Assembly (NCBI GenBank): GCA_004764695.1 | Contig: SMSO01000025.1 | Location: forward strand, 868,001-932,000 | DNA length: 64,000 bases | Direction: 5' to 3' | Source: Schizochytrium sp. TIO01 | Taxonomy: Eukaryota; Protista; Bigyra: Labyrinthulomycetes | Shown here: positions 61,775-64,000 of the stretch, one piece after another | Layout: every line of letters begins with the position of its first letter | How positions within the stretch are numbered: position 1 is the first letter of the stretch | The notes under the pieces: generated by a model | The model's input: only the letters and a program-made list of their open reading frames with translations | Database searches by the model: none | What the model was told of the DNA's origin: nothing | Made by a program: the position numbers and the translations under genes

Positions 61775-63980
61775 AAGATCTCCAATCGAAGCAACTAGTG
61801 GACAAGACATTGCTAGAGTTCTTGGTGTCCCTTTGTAAAACCCCAGTAGACATAAGGTTTGTAATAGAACAAGAATAGGCAGCCAGACTCACGTGGCTGC
61901 CGGAGCCAAGAACTAAAAGTGCGAACACACATTACCTACACCCAAGCATGGTTTAGCTTGAATCGATGGTTGGAGAAGTTGGATTAACCTAACCCCATCG
62001 ATTATCTCTAACCACATTCAAGAATGTCTTAATCTCCCTAAACTACAACATAAATCTATCTGTCCTGGAATTCATTCCCCAGGATAGCAGTTCGCTAACT
62101 CGTAAATCAACCTTCTTAAAGCCTTCATCAAGCTTCTTGCGTTCATCTTCACAGTCAACCTCAAGCTAATCATAATTACCTTTCAACAAGTAGACCTAAT
62201 AATCAGAAGACCCAGAGTACTTTACCCAAGTTCAACAGATCACTATCTAAGCGAAGACTCCTTAGCTTTCACTTTGACTCCGTGTTCAGACATATTTTCA
62301 TCCTATTTCCCGCATCTTCACAAGTCAATAACACAACTAATGAGTATAAACTTTCAGTAAGTCCGAGACCATAAAAAATGGACTAAGCAACTATTGTTTT
62401 GTTACTATGACGCCATGAGACGTACAAATTGTAATTACATATTCAAATGATGAAGTTGAATTCGGGGGTCTAAGTTTCAAATGAGCATTACCTCTTTAGT
62501 TAATGCTGAGACCATTGATCGCAGGATCGTAGGGACCTTAACACACAATGATATATCATAAACTATTATGAATCGTATATGATAAGAACTAGACTGTCAG
62601 ATTCAATGACGTGAGACCAAGCGGACTCGAAAGGTGAAAGTGCACTACATAGTCAGGTGAATATACGCTGAGATATTCAATTAAAGGGGGTGGGGGTCAA
62701 GGAAAATATATCGCTAGAGTTCTCGGCGTCCCATTACAGACCATCAATAATTTAGGACTTGCATATGGCCAGAACTTGACAAATCAGATGCGTGGTTGTA
62801 ACTCAAAGTAGCTGACAAGAGAACGTGGATATACGCATTCCAGGAGAGTAAAGTGTTGGATTGATGGTTGAATAGACAACTTAAACTAAGCTCTTCAGTT
62901 GTATCTAGTATAGGTAAAGTCTGTCCTAGTTTCTTAAATAAAATACGAGTCCGTCTTTCTGAAAGTCCATTTCTAGAAACAGAGATCGCTAACTCATCAA
63001 GCCAAATTTCAGTTAGCCTTCCTAACTTTCTTAAGCCTCTTGCCTTCATTCTATAATTAATCTCTAATTGACCAGAATCGTCCTTCAGCAATGCGTAAGG
63101 GCAAAGCCTGAATTAATGATAGACAGAAGGTGTTCTACACTCTTTGTTGGTGTGTACTACAGATCAGGTCTGTCCTAGATTCTACTTGCAATGTAAAATA
63201 GTTCACCTTGGCATTCATCCCTTAGGTCAGTAGATCTCCAACTGTAGAACTGAAGTTTGTAACACCTTCTTGCTGAGATCTCCAAACGAAGGAACTAGTT
63301 AACAAGACATTGCTAGACTTCTAGGCATCCCTTTGTAAGATCCCATGAAAATAAAGTTAACAATAGAATAGCACTAGACAACTAGATCTACTTGGTTTAG
63401 AAGTTATTGAATCAAATTTTCAGCTATGTACCTAACCTCGCCGAACCTCGCCGAACCTAGCTCTCCTGTCCGACACCTCCTGTCTGACACCTCCTGTCTG
63501 ACACCTCCTGTCTGACACCTCCTGTCTGACACCTCCTGTCTATTGGACTGACATAATACATTCATTCTACCTGTATCCAGACCCGAATCCACAATAACTT
63601 ATCAACCATCCTCTTTCTCTTTCTCCTGAGTTCGCCATCCTTGTCAGCACTCTTCACAGCACAAGCTACTCTGCAATAGAAGTAAAAAACCAAAAGTGTG
63701 CATACACTTTCTTTCCTAGAAACAATGGTGGAACCTGAATTGATGGCTAAAGAGACAAGTTAACCTAACCTCATCAATTGTATCTTAAGCAGTTCAAGTA
63801 TGTTGTAGTCTCATAATTACGACATAAAGCAGTCTGCGTCGCAACTAGATTCCAAGAATAGCAGATCTAACTCATAATTTACAGATTATCATGCCTTCTA
63901 AAGTCCCCTTGGAGACTTCATCTACCCACTTGCCTTCACTTTCATAGTCAACCTCTAGCGGACCAGCATCATCTCTCAGC
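61775..63980 (+). repeat. Three co-oriented decayed copies of the ~400-bp repeat family (possible LRR-gene relics)
   Basis: Copies at 61775-62190, 62790-63092 (partial) and 63270-63980 (interrupted) are mutually similar and resemble 30300-31140. Confidence 0.7.
63434..63541 (+). repeat. Minisatellite: 10-bp AACCTCGCCG (~2.7 copies) then 14-bp CTCCTGTCTGACAC (~5.6 copies)
   Basis: Seen directly; the 14-bp array spans 63463-63541. Confidence 0.92.
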
Positions 63981-64000
63981 ACTTCTTTAATATTGATCAT

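Noticed and set aside
61775-63395. Minus-strand LQRD.KxSNVL read as a kinase catalytic loop
   Set aside because: Spacing does not fit HRDxKxxN, no DFG or APE follows, and other frames are at least as plausible.
63434-63541. Regular repeat resembling a CRISPR array
   Set aside because: Head-to-tail 10- and 14-bp units with no spacers and no cas genes, so it is a minisatellite.

Overview
Eukaryotic, intron-poor genomic DNA. A thraustochytrid/labyrinthulomycete-type protist is my inference from the gene architecture, the AP2 genes and the GATT/GCTA microsatellites. Housekeeping genes are a mitochondrial lipoyl synthase, a two-exon NDUFA4/B12D-like gene, an MFSD13A-like transporter and one orphan ORF. 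Three co-oriented single-AP2-domain transcription factor genes lie between 26 and 47.5 kb. Two mobile-DNA signals stand out. (1) Three diverged copies (about 0.93 kb) of an internally deleted IS607-type element: the 5' half of a serine-recombinase TnpA is joined, at the same junction in each copy, to the 3' end of a Fanzor2/TnpB nuclease (RuvC-II, Zn finger, RuvC-III). A conserved non-coding block follows and is a candidate omegaRNA. (2) An uninterrupted 1906-aa ORF combining a DUF6729-like Zn domain, an HhH-like motif, a DDxH-type transposase core with Lys at the expected catalytic Glu, and an intact Ulp1/C48 protease, flanked by possible degenerate TIRs. The window also holds a 5'-truncated DNA polymerase alpha C-terminal pseudogene lacking the second Cys cluster, a probable kinase relic, two dispersed decayed repeat families and several simple repeats. 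All family assignments come from motif recognition, not database searches.
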